Below the pieces are notes generated by a model. It had not been told where the DNA came from and did not search any database. It saw only the letters and a list, made by a program, of their open reading frames with translations. This document shows positions 19,204 to 29,253 of a DNA stretch of 64,000 nucleotides, one piece after another; positions within the stretch are counted from its first letter, which is position 1; every line of letters starts with the position of its first letter. This stretch comes from Pedobacter sp. Its GTDB lineage: Bacteria > Desulfobacterota > Desulfuromonadia > Desulfuromonadales > Syntrophotaleaceae. A program made the translations under genes and the position numbers. The stretch covers positions 136,984-200,983 of the forward strand of contig JBFWJC010000005.1 in NCBI GenBank assembly GCA_050253415.1, written 5' to 3'.

Positions 19204-20118
19204 TCATTTCTGATGATTATTCAGGCCCAGGCACAGGAAAATCTGCCGGGTAGCGTCGGAGTTGTTGAGGGTATAAAAATGGATGCCGCGTACACCGTTA
19301 TCGAGCAGATCGCGACATTGTTCGGTAGCCCAGTGGATACCGATGCGGCGTACCGATTCCGAATCATCCTGGCAGCGTTCAACCGCACGCAACAACGGGG
19401 CAGGAAAGCGTGCGCCGGCGGCCAGGTCGGCCATGCGTTTCATACCCTCGACAGAGGCGATAGGCATGATGCCGGCGATAATCGGCACTTTGATGCCGGC
19501 CAGTTCGCAGCGCTCGCGAAAATCGTAAAAGTCGCGGTTGTCAAAGAACAACTGGGTGCAGATATAGTCGGCACCTTCATCGACTTTGGCCTTGAGGTGA
19601 TCCATTTCCAGCAAACGATTGGGTGTGGCGGGATGCCCTTCGGGGAAACCGGCTACGCCGATACCGAAACCGCGTCGATCGGGATGAATCCCCTCGTCGT
19701 TGAACTTGCGGATGAAACGCACCAGATCGGCTGCGTGGGGGAAGGCATCCTGGGCACGGTTGTAATGAGGCATGTCCGGCGGTGGGTCTCCGGCCAGCGC
19801 CAGAATATTGCTGATCCCGGCTTCCGCGTAGCGTTCAAGAATCTGGCGAATTTCCTGTTCGGGACTACAGACGCAGGTAAGATGCGGCGTGGGATCGAGC
19901 GAGCTATTCTCTTTGATACGCATGACCAGATCATGCGTCCGCTCGCGGGTTGTACCGCCGGCACCGTAGGTAACTGAGGTGAAGTGCGGATTGAGAGTTT
20001 CCAGTTGACGAATGGTTTCGTACAGACGCTCGGCGGCTTTATCCGTTTTCGGAGGGAAAAACTCAAAAGAAAACGTGGTGGCGTATCGGGCGAAGATATC
20101 TTTAATATGCATAATCAA
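19204..20118 (-). CDS. metF: 5,10-methylenetetrahydrofolate reductase
   Basis: FSFEFFPPKT, SVTYGAGG, HLTCV, TQLFFD, GIHFYTLN. Confidence 0.95.
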   Translation of the reverse strand: MIMHIKDIFARYATTFSFEFFPPKTDKAAERLYETIRQLETLNPHFTSVTYGAGGTTRERTHDLVMRIKENSSLDPTPHLTCVCSPEQEIRQILERYAEAGISNILALAGDPPPDMPHYNRAQDAFPHAADLVRFIRKFNDEGIHPDRRGFGIGVAGFPEGHPATPNRLLEMDHLKAKVDEGADYICTQLFFDNRDFYDFRERCELAGIKVPIIAGIMPIASVEGMKRMADLAAGARFPAPLLRAVERCQDDSESVRRIGIHWATEQCRDLLDNGVRGIHFYTLNNSDATRQIFLCLGLNNHQK

Positions 20119-20284
20119 AAGGTTCCGGGACGATATTGGTTTATATAATCATGAATGAATAGACCATATTATCGTCTGGGTACCACCAAGGTCAACCATT
20201 CATTCCTGGTTTTTGCTTGCGTGGAGGCAGGGGATAGCGACTGTTTTTGTCTTTTAAAAAGATAAATGGAAATAGCATGTCTCT

Positions 20285-20321
20285 GCCCGTTGCTGCGCCT
20301 GAACGGGGTGCCGCAACGGGC
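20285..20321. terminator. Hairpin downstream of the Cys-rich miniprotein gene
   Basis: GCCCGTTGC...GCAACGGGC inverted repeat. Confidence 0.45.
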
Positions 20322-20354
20322 TAAATCATATAAACCTTTTAGGCTATGGGGACG

Positions 20355-20573
20355 TTATTCTGCTTCTACCGGGGTAGGGGCAGGAACATCGGGAACCTGA
20401 GGCGGATCGTTATCCAGACAATCATTCAAGCAGTTAAGCATGCAGTCCTCATAGGCTTTGCCTGTGCTTGACGAACAACTGCTCGCGCAATCAGCGCCGC
20501 AGTCGGCAAGCACCGGGGCAGCTGCACCGAGGGTAATCATCATCAAAGCTGCGCCGATCAGTAATTTTTTCAT
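20355..20573 (-). CDS. Small secreted Cys-rich protein (two Cx3Cx3C units, Pro-rich acidic tail)
   Basis: ATG 20573 after GGAGG, signal peptide ending PVLA, mature DCGADCASSC...DCMLNCLNDC. Confidence 0.75.
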   Translation of the reverse strand: MKKLLIGAALMMITLGAAAPVLADCGADCASSCSSSTGKAYEDCMLNCLNDCLDNDPPQVPDVPAPTPVEAE

Positions 20574-20602
20574 CCTGGTTTCCTCCATGATCAAAGGGGA
20601 CC

Positions 20603-20618
20603 CGCAATTGATATGCCA
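20603..20618 (-). promoter_or_regulatory. sigma54 promoter for the 20355-20573 gene
   Basis: TGGCATATCAATTGCG (GG-N10-GC) about 30 nt upstream of the ATG. Confidence 0.65.
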
Positions 20619-20735
20619 ATAGGGGAAACTGCCCATGGCAGCCCCCACCAGAGCCCGTTGCCAAAGCAATACGTTAGTTACCAGACCCCGTGCTTAAATT
20701 CCCATTGCAGAATGGTTCGTAATGAAAGGGTTTCT

Positions 20736-21047
20736 TTAGTTTTGTTGCATTTGGGGACAACTGTCGATGCAACTGTCGTTATACTCTTGGCAAAGTCCCT
20801 CACAGAGTTGGATTTCATCCTCACACGCACTGATGCAGGAAGCATAGTTGGCAGGGTCTGACATACATTCCCGGGGACAACTTCTGCCAGAACGGCAAGG
20901 GCCAAGACAACTTGCCAGTTCGGTACCACAGTCTCTCACGCAAGCAGGATCTTTCCCGGCAATACCGGCGTGAGAGAATCCTGCAGGCAAAAAAGACAAA
21001 GCAAAGGTTGATAATAAAATAAAAAAACACATGCCATATTTATCCAT
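20736..21047 (-). CDS. Small secreted Cys-rich protein with six CxxxC pairs
   Basis: GGAG RBS, hydrophobic signal ending FSHA, 12 Cys in the mature region as CxxxC pairs separated by 5-9 residues. Confidence 0.72.
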   Translation of the reverse strand: MDKYGMCFFILLSTFALSFLPAGFSHAGIAGKDPACVRDCGTELASCLGPCRSGRSCPRECMSDPANYASCISACEDEIQLCEGLCQEYNDSCIDSCPQMQQN

Positions 21048-21184
21048 GGTTTTCTCCCTTTGGGGGTAAATGATTTTGCCGAAATAATAGCCGGTTTTAA
21101 AAAAATCGCCACAGAAATATATAGCGCAACGCTGCCATTTTTTGAGAATATTATTTTGGGATAACTCAGATGGAGGAGGCTGTT

Positions 21185-21520
21185 ATGAAACCGATATTTT
21201 TTATCATTTTGGCATTGCTGATAGCCGTGCCGGGTGTGGCTGGAGAGGGTATGCCTGAGAGTATATTGGGGTTGCATACCGATTTTGCCGCTGGACAGGT
21301 ATTCGTTGAGGTGGTCAGTGGTGGTTGCACGATCAAAGACGATTTTCGCAGTTCATTCATCGACGATACTCTGACCCTGCTTAGAATCCGACAAGATGAC
21401 TGCAAGGCCCTGCCTCACAAAATTACCATCGCGTTCACACTTGAGGAATTGGGTATAAACCCGTATCAGCCTTTCAGGCTTGCTAATCGCATTGTTGTGA
21501 ATGAAGGTATGATGAGGTAA
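21185..21520 (+). CDS. Hypothetical secreted protein
   Basis: GGAGGAGG RBS, signal peptide, VSGGCT...DDCKA Cys pair. Confidence 0.7.
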   Translation: MKPIFFIILALLIAVPGVAGEGMPESILGLHTDFAAGQVFVEVVSGGCTIKDDFRSSFIDDTLTLLRIRQDDCKALPHKITIAFTLEELGINPYQPFRLANRIVVNEGMMR

Positions 21521-21581
21521 TAAATATTTCCCGGAGACTTTAAAAATACTGCAACCGGGAATTTTAACAAAAGGTATTGTC

Positions 21582-22001
21582 ATGACGCATAAGGGGCACA
21601 TAACTCCGGGTAGGCTGAGTATAGCCCAGGCAAAAATCGGTATCGTTGTCGCTGCATTGTTTCTGCTGTTCGGCCTGGCCTTTGGCTTCGTCGTTCTGAA
21701 TGAGACACCCGATTCCGAAGCCGGGCTGAAAATTCTGATGGGAGGGTTCTTTCTCCTTTGGGTGGTGGTCTGTATCGCAATGATCATCTTTTACGTGCGG
21801 ATGCTGTCCAAATCGATCAATCCCGAAGATCAGTCGCTGGTGGATTTCCAGTTTGAGGCCTCTGGCGTAGCAGATACCTCCGGCCGTGATAATGACTTTG
21901 CCGGGCGCTTGCGCCATCTGGAAGAGTTGAAGCGGGACGGGCTGATTACCGAGGCGGAATACCGAGACAAACGGGCGCAGATCATGGCAGAGAAATGGTA
22001 A
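21582..22001 (+). CDS. Two-TM membrane protein with C-terminal SHOCT domain
   Basis: RLRHLEELKRDGLITEAEYRDKRAQIM. Confidence 0.85.
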   Translation: MTHKGHITPGRLSIAQAKIGIVVAALFLLFGLAFGFVVLNETPDSEAGLKILMGGFFLLWVVVCIAMIIFYVRMLSKSINPEDQSLVDFQFEASGVADTSGRDNDFAGRLRHLEELKRDGLITEAEYRDKRAQIMAEKW

Positions 22002-22012
22002 GGGCGTTTCCA

Positions 22013-22681
22013 ATGCGAACGATCAAGAAGTCTACGAAGTGGCTGCCTATCCTGGTGTTGGCGCTGGTCTCCTCAATGACAGCATGTGCCAGCGGGAACC
22101 TGGCTGGTGAGGAGGCACATGTTTACCAGCTTTTAACCCTCGAACCGTATTTTTCCTGCAATATTCCGGCAAGCTGGGGAAGGGAAGAAGGCGATAGCTC
22201 GTTCGGACTTTCCCGGGAAGAGAAAAAAGTTTACAGCATCACACTGCATGAGTCCGGGACGGGTGTTATTCCGGTCCGTATCTCTATCACCTTTTACGCC
22301 AAAGGAAACCAGCTGGAGGACTCCCCGGATACTTACATCCGTCGCCACGCCCGGCCGCTTTTCGTGTTGAAGGAGGGAGACGTCTACGGCCCGGTTACGG
22401 ATACCTACGTCACGGGAAGAAATGCCCAGGTTTTTGAACGGCAAAAGAATGAATTCGTACCGTATTTTCCTCTCGATGGCATTGAACCTCCTACCGATGA
22501 TATCAGGGTTTACGAACGCCGTGAAAGGATGGCGCGGCCGATTCCGGTCCGGGAGAAGTTCGTGGTAATCCCTGTCAATTCCGGCTTCTATGCCCTGCGT
22601 TATTCCGCCTCTGCGGAGCAATTCGAGCAGTTTTTGCCTGATTTTGAGCAGGTTACAACAACCTTTCATGTGCTTCAGTAA
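22013..22681 (+). CDS. Hypothetical lipoprotein (possibly PsbP/DcrB-like fold)
   Basis: Lipobox-like SMTAC, FSCNIPASW near the N-terminus, FEQVTTTFH at the C-terminus. The fold is a guess. Confidence 0.6.
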   Translation: MRTIKKSTKWLPILVLALVSSMTACASGNLAGEEAHVYQLLTLEPYFSCNIPASWGREEGDSSFGLSREEKKVYSITLHESGTGVIPVRISITFYAKGNQLEDSPDTYIRRHARPLFVLKEGDVYGPVTDTYVTGRNAQVFERQKNEFVPYFPLDGIEPPTDDIRVYERRERMARPIPVREKFVVIPVNSGFYALRYSASAEQFEQFLPDFEQVTTTFHVLQ

Positions 22682-22718
22682 GTCCGGAGCATTTCTTATT
22701 GTATCCGGGGAGTCAACC

Positions 22719-23063
22719 ATGGGAACGTTGAAACAGCAAATCGCGGAGGATTTCAAAAAGCTGCCGCTGATCCTCGGAAAATTGCTGGGAGGGATAGCAG
22801 CGGTGTTGGGATTTGTGACCACAATCTGGGTCCTGTACCGAAATCCGGAAAGATCGGGAGACGTCATTCTGTTCCCGCTCCTTTTGGGAGGCGCAGGGGT
22901 TGTTATCTTTGTTCTGACCGGCAGAAGTCTGTCCGGACGATCGACTGGACCGGCTGCAAAAGCCGAGGGCCGCGACAAAACCCGGATGAATCTGCTGACA
23001 TGGGCGCTGTTCCTGCTGTTTGCAGGCATATTCCTGGCCTGTAGTTATCTTCTGACCAGGTAA
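22719..23063 (+). CDS. Hypothetical three-TM membrane protein
   Basis: GGGGAG RBS before ATG 22719, three hydrophobic segments. Confidence 0.65.
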   Translation: MGTLKQQIAEDFKKLPLILGKLLGGIAAVLGFVTTIWVLYRNPERSGDVILFPLLLGGAGVVIFVLTGRSLSGRSTGPAAKAEGRDKTRMNLLTWALFLLFAGIFLACSYLLTR

Positions 23064-23316
23064 AATCACTTCGGCGGTCGATTCAGGTATGGGACTCACC
23101 TTCAAGGCAGGCAGGCACCCGCAACGTTCTACCTTTACGTATTATGCGCTGTTCTCATACCTTGCCCTTAACCGTGCGGTATGAAATGATTAGCATATGG
23201 TTTTACTCACCTTATGTAAGTGTGTTTGCGATTAGCCTCCTGGTTGTAAATCATAGTAGACGCCAGCTTTTTCGTTCACTGTAACGTCCTAATCCAGCAT
23301 ATTGGAGTGCATCGCG

Positions 23317-24705
23317 ATGGATGGTAACAAGAAAGAAGATTCCAAAGTTCATACGATGACCGAAGCTATCCTGGAGAGCATATCTGACGGGGTTTTTACG
23401 GTGGATATGGAATGGCGTGTTACATCGTTTAATCGGGCCGCCGAAGAAATCACCGGTGTGTCACGGGAGGAGGCGATTGGTCGCCGCTGTTCCGAAGTGT
23501 TTCGTTCCAGTATGTGCGGGGCCGCATGCGCGCTTAAGCAAACCATGAAGGCTGGCGAACCTATTATCGGCAAATCCGGATACATCATCAATGCAGATGG
23601 CGAACGTATTCCCATTAGTATTTCTACTGCTGTTTTGCGTGATGCCGGTGGCAAGGTTATCGGTGGTGCGGAGACCTTTCGTGATCTTTCAGAGATCGAG
23701 GCACTGCGTCAGGAACTCGGAGAGAAATTTCGAGCGGGCGAAATGACCAGTCGAAGTCCTTTGATGCAACGCGTGTTTGAAATTTTGCCCGCCATTAGCT
23801 CCAGCCCCAGCACGGTAGTGATCCTCGGCGAAACCGGTACCGGCAAGGAACTGTTGGCGCGCACCATTCATGCCCTAAGCCCGCGTCATCGAGCCCCCTT
23901 CATTGCGGTCAACTGCGGAGCTTTACCCGACACCCTTTTGGAATCGGAATTATTTGGTTACAAAGCCGGGGCCTTTACTGGCGCAAACAAGGATAAGCCC
24001 GGCCGGTTTGCGTTGGCCAAAGGTGGGACCCTCTTCCTCGATGAAATTGGCGAGATAAGCCCCGCTCTACAGGTCAGATTGCTGCGTGTGTTGCAGGAAA
24101 AAACCTATGAACCTCTCGGAGGAATTCGTTCCGAGAGCGCTGAAGTTCGAGTCATCGTGGCCACCAACAAAGACTTGGCCAGCCAAGTCCGTAAAGGTCT
24201 TTTCCGGGATGATCTTTACTACCGATTGAACGTGGTGCGAATCGAACTGCCTCCGCTTCGTCGACGAAAAGAGGACATCCCTCTGATCGTCGACCAGTTT
24301 GTGTCCAGGTTCAACCGGCTGCAGCAAAAATCCGTGAAGGGGATAACTTCTGAAGCGTTATCTCTGCTTATGGCCCATGATTGGCCCGGCAATATCCGGG
24401 AATTGGAAAATGTCATCGAGCGAGCCTTTATTCTCTGCAGTCAAGGGGATATTGGCATCGAACACTTGCCCAGGGAGTTGACAGGCCATGGAGCCGCCGC
24501 GGACTCGGATTCCGATATCCGGTCAGCCCACGATATTCTCGACGCCCAGGCCATTCGTTCCGCACTCGAACGAAATGCTTTCAATCGATTGGCGGCAGCG
24601 AAAGAGCTCGGTATCCACAAGACTACGCTTTTCCGTAAGATGAAAAAGTTGAGCATTCCTCTCCCCGAACAGGATGGCCGCGCCAACCGCAAGAAGATAG
24701 AGTAG
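23317..24705 (+). CDS. PAS-domain sigma54-dependent transcriptional activator (NtrC/Fis family)
   Basis: PAS ([11 protein letters not shown]...[10 protein letters not shown]), [33 protein letters not shown]-terminal HTH. Confidence 0.95.
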   Translation: MDGNKKEDSKVHTMTEAILESISDGVFTVDMEWRVTSFNRAAEEITGVSREEAIGRRCSEVFRSSMCGAACALKQTMKAGEPIIGKSGYIINADGERIPISISTAVLRDAGGKVIGGAETFRDLSEIEALRQELGEKFRAGEMTSRSPLMQRVFEILPAISSSPSTVVILGETGTGKELLARTIHALSPRHRAPFIAVNCGALPDTLLESELFGYKAGAFTGANKDKPGRFALAKGGTLFLDEIGEISPALQVRLLRVLQEKTYEPLGGIRSESAEVRVIVATNKDLASQVRKGLFRDDLYYRLNVVRIELPPLRRRKEDIPLIVDQFVSRFNRLQQKSVKGITSEALSLLMAHDWPGNIRELENVIERAFILCSQGDIGIEHLPRELTGHGAAADSDSDIRSAHDILDAQAIRSALERNAFNRLAAAKELGIHKTTLFRKMKKLSIPLPEQDGRANRKKIE

Positions 24706-24751
24706 CTACTTCGCACCTGTTGCACACCTCTCAGGGTAGCGTAAAGGCTAC
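24702..24751. promoter_or_regulatory. Candidate upstream activator sites
   Basis: GTAGC-N6-GCTAC palindrome at 24736-24751 and a related GTAGC-N6-GCACC at 24702-24717, about 90-135 nt upstream of a sigma54 promoter. Confidence 0.4.
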
Positions 24752-24837
24752 TCAATCCCCTTCCAATATCAGTTAGACCACCCTTAAAGATCTGTATATT
24801 CGGTTAGTTATAAATCGTTTGGCCATCGGCTGAGATT

Positions 24838-24853
24838 TGGTATTGCACTTGCT
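24838..24853 (+). promoter_or_regulatory. sigma54 promoter of the NifX-family operon
   Basis: TGGTATTGCACTTGCT (GG-N10-GC), downstream of a sigma54 activator gene. Confidence 0.7.
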
Positions 24854-24895
24854 CTATAACATAGTGTGGACCATGACCAGTACCCAAGGGCTTAA

Positions 24896-25504
24896 ATGAT
24901 GAAGATAGCATTTGCACACTGGGAGAATCGCATCGCACCCGTGTTCGACACCGCGGGGCAGATCTACGTCATCGATGCCGAATCAGGGCACATTGTTACG
25001 GAGGCGAAGGAACCTCTTGCTGAGGGCCCGCTTGTTCGGAAAGTTCTTCGACTCGTTGAATTGGGTGTCGGCACGTTGGTTTGCGGTGCGATTTCCAGGC
25101 CGATGTACGAGCTGGTCAGCGCTTACGGGATACAGGTGGTTCCGTTTGTGGCAGGTGACCTGAGCGAGATCATTCAGGTCTGGCTCAGCGGCAATCTGGA
25201 TAGCGATACCTATACCATGCCGGGTTGCGGTGGACGGGGAGGCCGGCGATTCCGGTTGATGCAAGAGGGACGCGAGGAGGAATACGGCATGAATCAAAGT
25301 GGACGTGGCATGGGAGCAGGCGGTGGCAGGGGACAAGGTGGACAAAAGCCTGGCCGTCCCGGTCGTATGGGTGGCCAAAAGACTGCTGGCCCTATCGGCG
25401 ACTGCGTTTGTCCACAATGCGGAGAGAAGGAGCCACACCAACGTGGCGTACCTTGCTTCGAGCGCAAATGCTCAAAGTGCGGAACTATCATGGCAAGGGA
25501 ATAA
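24896..25504 (+). CDS. NifB/NifX-family protein with Gly/Arg-rich linker and C-terminal zinc ribbon
   Basis: KIAF...RIAPVFD, TLVCGAIS, MPGCGGRG, CVCPQCG...PCFERKCSKCG. Confidence 0.8.
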   Translation: MMKIAFAHWENRIAPVFDTAGQIYVIDAESGHIVTEAKEPLAEGPLVRKVLRLVELGVGTLVCGAISRPMYELVSAYGIQVVPFVAGDLSEIIQVWLSGNLDSDTYTMPGCGGRGGRRFRLMQEGREEEYGMNQSGRGMGAGGGRGQGGQKPGRPGRMGGQKTAGPIGDCVCPQCGEKEPHQRGVPCFERKCSKCGTIMARE

Positions 25505-25534
25505 CCGACAAACTCAAGAAAGGAGAAGCCTATT

Positions 25535-25882
25535 ATGCCAAGAGGAGATGGAACAGGACCGAGGGGAATGGGATCAAGGACTGGACGCGTAACTGGATTC
25601 TGTGCGGGTTTTGAAATGCCGGGTTATGCGAATTCCGTCCGGGCAGGGGGGGGCGCGATGCGTTGTGGCAGAGGTCGCGGATGGCGCAATATGTTCTATG
25701 CCACCGGTCTTCCGGGGTCGGCGCGATTCGGCGGTTATGGGATGCCTTATGGTCAGTCGGACCGCCCCGATGCGGAAATGCAAAAACATCTTCTTAAGAG
25801 GCAGGCTGAGGACCTGCAGGACGAGCTGAATTCGGTCAAGAAGCGCCTTGCAGAAGTCGAAAGTAAAACCGTAACGGAATGA
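25535..25882 (+). CDS. DUF5320-like protein
   Basis: MPRGDGTGPRGMGSRTGR..GFC, GRGRGWRNMFYATGLPG, C-terminal coiled coil. Confidence 0.82.
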   Translation: MPRGDGTGPRGMGSRTGRVTGFCAGFEMPGYANSVRAGGGAMRCGRGRGWRNMFYATGLPGSARFGGYGMPYGQSDRPDAEMQKHLLKRQAEDLQDELNSVKKRLAEVESKTVTE

Positions 25883-26040
25883 TCACCGTTCGAGGCAAGC
25901 AACCTACCACTGCTGCGCCGGCTCGATATCCAGCGCTGCAGTGGAGGTTGTCATGCTTGGAAGTGATGGAAAATGGATTAACAATGTGGCTGCAAGCCAC
26001 CGATTAACCAATATTTATAGCGTGATAAAAAAGGTCTGAA

Positions 26041-26484
26041 ATGAAAAGAATTGCGATCATCATCTGTAATCGGTACCGGGATTGCGGTGGTGGAAAATGT
26101 TTTCGGGCTCTGCGCGAGCGCCACGGTGGTTTTTCTATGTATGGTGCCGATGAGGTTGTCGAAATTGCCGGATATGCGAGTTGCGGAGGTTGTCCGGGTG
26201 GGAACGTGGAATATGTTCCCGCAGAGTTTATCAAGAACGGATGTAACGTCGTACATTTGGCCACCGGGTTGGTGGTGGGGTATCCACCGTGCCCTCATAT
26301 TGGGCAGTTTAAGGAATTTATCGAAAAACACTATGGAATGCCCGTGGTAGTTGGAACACATCCAATACCTTTAAAGTATCTGGAGGCTCACAACCGAATG
26401 TCATTCTGGGAACAGGCTGCCATGCAGGATTTCGCAGGCCATCTCATGACGGAAAAGCGCGACATCATGGAATCATACAATTAA
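26041..26484 (+). CDS. CGGC domain metal-binding protein
   Basis: IIICNRYRDCGGGKC, SCGGCPG, HLATG...PCP, VVVGTH. Confidence 0.88.
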   Translation: MKRIAIIICNRYRDCGGGKCFRALRERHGGFSMYGADEVVEIAGYASCGGCPGGNVEYVPAEFIKNGCNVVHLATGLVVGYPPCPHIGQFKEFIEKHYGMPVVVGTHPIPLKYLEAHNRMSFWEQAAMQDFAGHLMTEKRDIMESYN

Positions 26485-26506
26485 TGCAAACAACAAGGAT
26501 GGAATA

Positions 26507-26869
26507 ATGAAAATCGCATTCTCAACATCAGGAAATGAACTTAATGCTCCTCTGGATACTCGTTTCGGTCGAGCTCTTAAATTTCTTATTTACGACCTGG
26601 AAAATGAGACCTTCGATTTGGTCGACAATAAGCAAAACCTGAACGCAGCCCAAGGCGCCGGTATCCAGTCAGCAGGCACCGTGGCCAGAACTGGAGCTCA
26701 GGCTCTGGTTTCCGGTCACTGCGGTCCCAAAGCATTTAGTGTTCTGTTGGCGGCCGGGATCAAGGTTTTCTATTCCGATGTGTCGACCGTTGCCGACGCA
26801 CTCGATGCATATCGACAGGGAAAACTTATCGAATCCAAAACTGCCGACGTTGATGGACACTGGGAATGA
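26507..26869 (+). CDS. NifB/NifX-family (FeMo-co carrier-like) protein
   Basis: DTRFGRA, AAQGAGIQSA, SGHCGPKAF, C-terminal GHW. Confidence 0.88.
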   Translation: MKIAFSTSGNELNAPLDTRFGRALKFLIYDLENETFDLVDNKQNLNAAQGAGIQSAGTVARTGAQALVSGHCGPKAFSVLLAAGIKVFYSDVSTVADALDAYRQGKLIESKTADVDGHWE

Positions 26870-26963
26870 AATCTTTGACGCGGGCACTTTGCTTCGCTCA
26901 TGCGAACGGGCTTGAACTTACGGTTACGATCGGCATCCAGGAATGCCGAAAAGGAGGGGCTCT

Positions 26964-27812
26964 ATGATTATCGCTGTGGCTTCGGGTAAGGGGGGGACCG
27001 GTAAGACGACCGTGTCCGTCAACCTGGCTCGCATGCTCGAATCCAATGTTCAGCTTTTGGACTGCGATGTGGAAGAGCCCAATGCCCATCTTTTTTTGCA
27101 GGCTGAACCAAAAGAACAGACCGTAGTCACGATTCCCGTTCCGCAAGTGGATGAGGGCCTTTGTGACGGCTGCGGCGAGTGCGCCAAATTCTGCGAATAC
27201 AATGCCATTGTTTGTTTCGGCACTACGCCGCTTATTTTTCCCGAGATGTGTCACGGATGCGGCGGCTGCGCCCTGGTTTGCCCGAAAAAGGCGATTGGCG
27301 AGATCGACAAGCGTATCGGCATGGTCGAGACTGCGATGGCGCAGAATATCACCCTGATCCAGGGTCGGCTTGACGTAGGGGTGGCCATGGCTCCGCCTTT
27401 GATCCGTGCGGTAAAGGCTCGCCTGCAAGATGGTGTGACGGCGATTCTGGATGCACCTCCGGGAACCTCGTGTCCGGTGATCGCCACCATGCAGGATACC
27501 GACTTCGTTATCCTCGTCACGGAGCCCACACCCTTCGGGCTGCACGATCTCAAACTCGCCGTGGACATGATGCAAGAAATCGGCATTCCTTTTGGGGTGG
27601 TGGTCAACCGGTACGGGGTTGGCGACAACCGGGTGCATGTGTTTTGCAGCGAATTTAACATTCCCCTTCTTTTGAACATCCCCGATGACCGGCGGATTGC
27701 GGAAGCCTATTCCCGAGGGGAATTGATCGTTGATGCGTTGCCGGAATATCGGCGGCTGTTCCAGAGTTTGATCGACAAAACCATGCATCGGCAGAATAAC
27801 CCGGGTGCCTGA
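26964..27812 (+). CDS. MinD-superfamily P-loop ATPase with inserted 2x[4Fe-4S] ferredoxin domain, copy A
   Basis: AGGAGG RBS, ASGKGGTGKTT, DCDVEEPN, CDGCGECAKFC, CHGCGGCALVCP, DAPPGTSCP, TEPTPFGLHDL. Confidence 0.9.
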   Translation: MIIAVASGKGGTGKTTVSVNLARMLESNVQLLDCDVEEPNAHLFLQAEPKEQTVVTIPVPQVDEGLCDGCGECAKFCEYNAIVCFGTTPLIFPEMCHGCGGCALVCPKKAIGEIDKRIGMVETAMAQNITLIQGRLDVGVAMAPPLIRAVKARLQDGVTAILDAPPGTSCPVIATMQDTDFVILVTEPTPFGLHDLKLAVDMMQEIGIPFGVVVNRYGVGDNRVHVFCSEFNIPLLLNIPDDRRIAEAYSRGELIVDALPEYRRLFQSLIDKTMHRQNNPGA

Positions 27813-27871
27813 GCCAGGGGGGGGATGTATCGAGCGGCATCAAGTACGCACAGGGATAGGGAGCGACAGAT

Positions 27872-28747
27872 ATGCAAGAGTTGGTAATCATCAGCGGCAA
27901 AGGCGGAACAGGTAAGACCAGCATAACAGCGTCCTTCGCCGTTCTAGCCGATCGACCGGTCATCGCTGATTGTGATGTGGATGCTGCGGATTTGCACTTG
28001 ATCTTTTCACCGCGGATAAAATCCAGATACGCATTCCGGGCCGGGCATCAGGCTGAAATCCGTGAAAAAGAATGCATTGGCTGTGGTGCCTGCATGGCGC
28101 ATTGCCGTTTTGATGCGGTTAGAATGATTCCAATAGACGCAGGGAATACGACTTTTTCCATTGATCCGGTTGCATGCGAAGGGTGTGGGGTTTGTGTGCG
28201 AGTCTGCCCGGAGCAGGCTATCGATTTCCCTGAGGGATTTTGTGGTGAATACATGATTTCAGATACCCGCTGTGGACCCATGGTTCACGCCCGTCTGGGT
28301 GTGGCCGCTGAAAATTCCGGGAAACTGGTCTCTACGGTTCGCCAGGAAGCCCGTCGAATTGCAAAGGAGGATAATCACCCTTTAATCATCGTAGATGGTC
28401 CCCCGGGGATTGGATGCCCCGTAATTGCCTCGGTGACCGGGGCATCTAGAGTGTTGGTCGTTACGGAACCTACCGTGTCCGGAGAGCACGATTTGGAACG
28501 CGTGCTTTCCTTGACCCGGCACTTCCAGATTCCTACGGCGGTCTGTGTGAATAAATGGGATATCAACCCCGAGATGACGGTCCGCATCGAGGATAAGGCA
28601 CGCCAGGCAGGCGCACGTATCGTCGGTCGTATCCGCTATGATCGCTCAATAACCCAAGCTCAGATGCTGGAAAAAGCGGTCGTGGAAACAGCGGCTCCCT
28701 GTGTCGAGGATATTAAAGCCATCTGGAACCAACTTGGATTCCAATGA
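27872..28747 (+). CDS. MinD-superfamily P-loop ATPase with ferredoxin domain, copy B
   Basis: ISGKGGTGKTS, DCDVDAADL, CIGCGAC, CEGCGVCVRVCP, ENSGKLV, DGPPGIGCP. Confidence 0.9.
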   Translation: MQELVIISGKGGTGKTSITASFAVLADRPVIADCDVDAADLHLIFSPRIKSRYAFRAGHQAEIREKECIGCGACMAHCRFDAVRMIPIDAGNTTFSIDPVACEGCGVCVRVCPEQAIDFPEGFCGEYMISDTRCGPMVHARLGVAAENSGKLVSTVRQEARRIAKEDNHPLIIVDGPPGIGCPVIASVTGASRVLVVTEPTVSGEHDLERVLSLTRHFQIPTAVCVNKWDINPEMTVRIEDKARQAGARIVGRIRYDRSITQAQMLEKAVVETAAPCVEDIKAIWNQLGFQ

Positions 28748-28809
28748 TTGCAGAGACTGTTCTTGTTTAAAGGGAAAGACGCTAAACCTGTAAAAAGGAG
28801 AATAATCAC

Positions 28810-29148
28810 ATGAGAATCGCGATCCCATTAGCGAATGGCCAGCTCTCTATGCACTTCGGTCACTGCGCGCATTTCGCTCTCGTCGACGTTGACGCAACCG
28901 GAAAAAATATTCTGAAGCGAGAGGACATCGAAGCGCCTCCCCATGAACCTGGTCTTTTACCACCATGGTTGGCAGAACGCGGCGTGACCATGATTATTGC
29001 CGGAGGAATGGGGCAGCGCGCTCAAGATATGTTCAGTGAACAGGGGATTACGGTGTTGGTGGGAGCTATTGCTGAAAGTCCGGAAAATCTGGTGACGGGC
29101 CTCCTGGAAGGAACGCTGCAAACAGGAGAGAACGTTTGTGATCACTGA
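28810..29148 (+). CDS. NifB/NifX-family protein
   Basis: MRIAIP...HFGHC, PPHEPG, IAGGMGQRA, C-terminal CDH. Confidence 0.88.
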   Translation: MRIAIPLANGQLSMHFGHCAHFALVDVDATGKNILKREDIEAPPHEPGLLPPWLAERGVTMIIAGGMGQRAQDMFSEQGITVLVGAIAESPENLVTGLLEGTLQTGENVCDH

Positions 29149-29253
29149 CGGTAAGTGAGTTTAATTTTCCGGGCACTGAATCCGTCCGCTTGCAAGATTG
29201 GAATGGAGATCCGTGCAGGGAACCGTTCGGTTGATAAACGAGGAGCGAACATA

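Noticed and set aside
20138..20165. Second dif-like site (GGTTTATATAA matches the reversed XerD arm with one mismatch) as the left border of the island
   Set aside because: The XerC half does not match, the orientation is inverted, and the AT-rich metF promoter region explains it by chance.
24896..29148. Nitrogen fixation cluster
   Set aside because: Only stand-alone NifX-family domains are present. No nifH, nifD, nifK, nifE, nifN or radical-SAM nifB.
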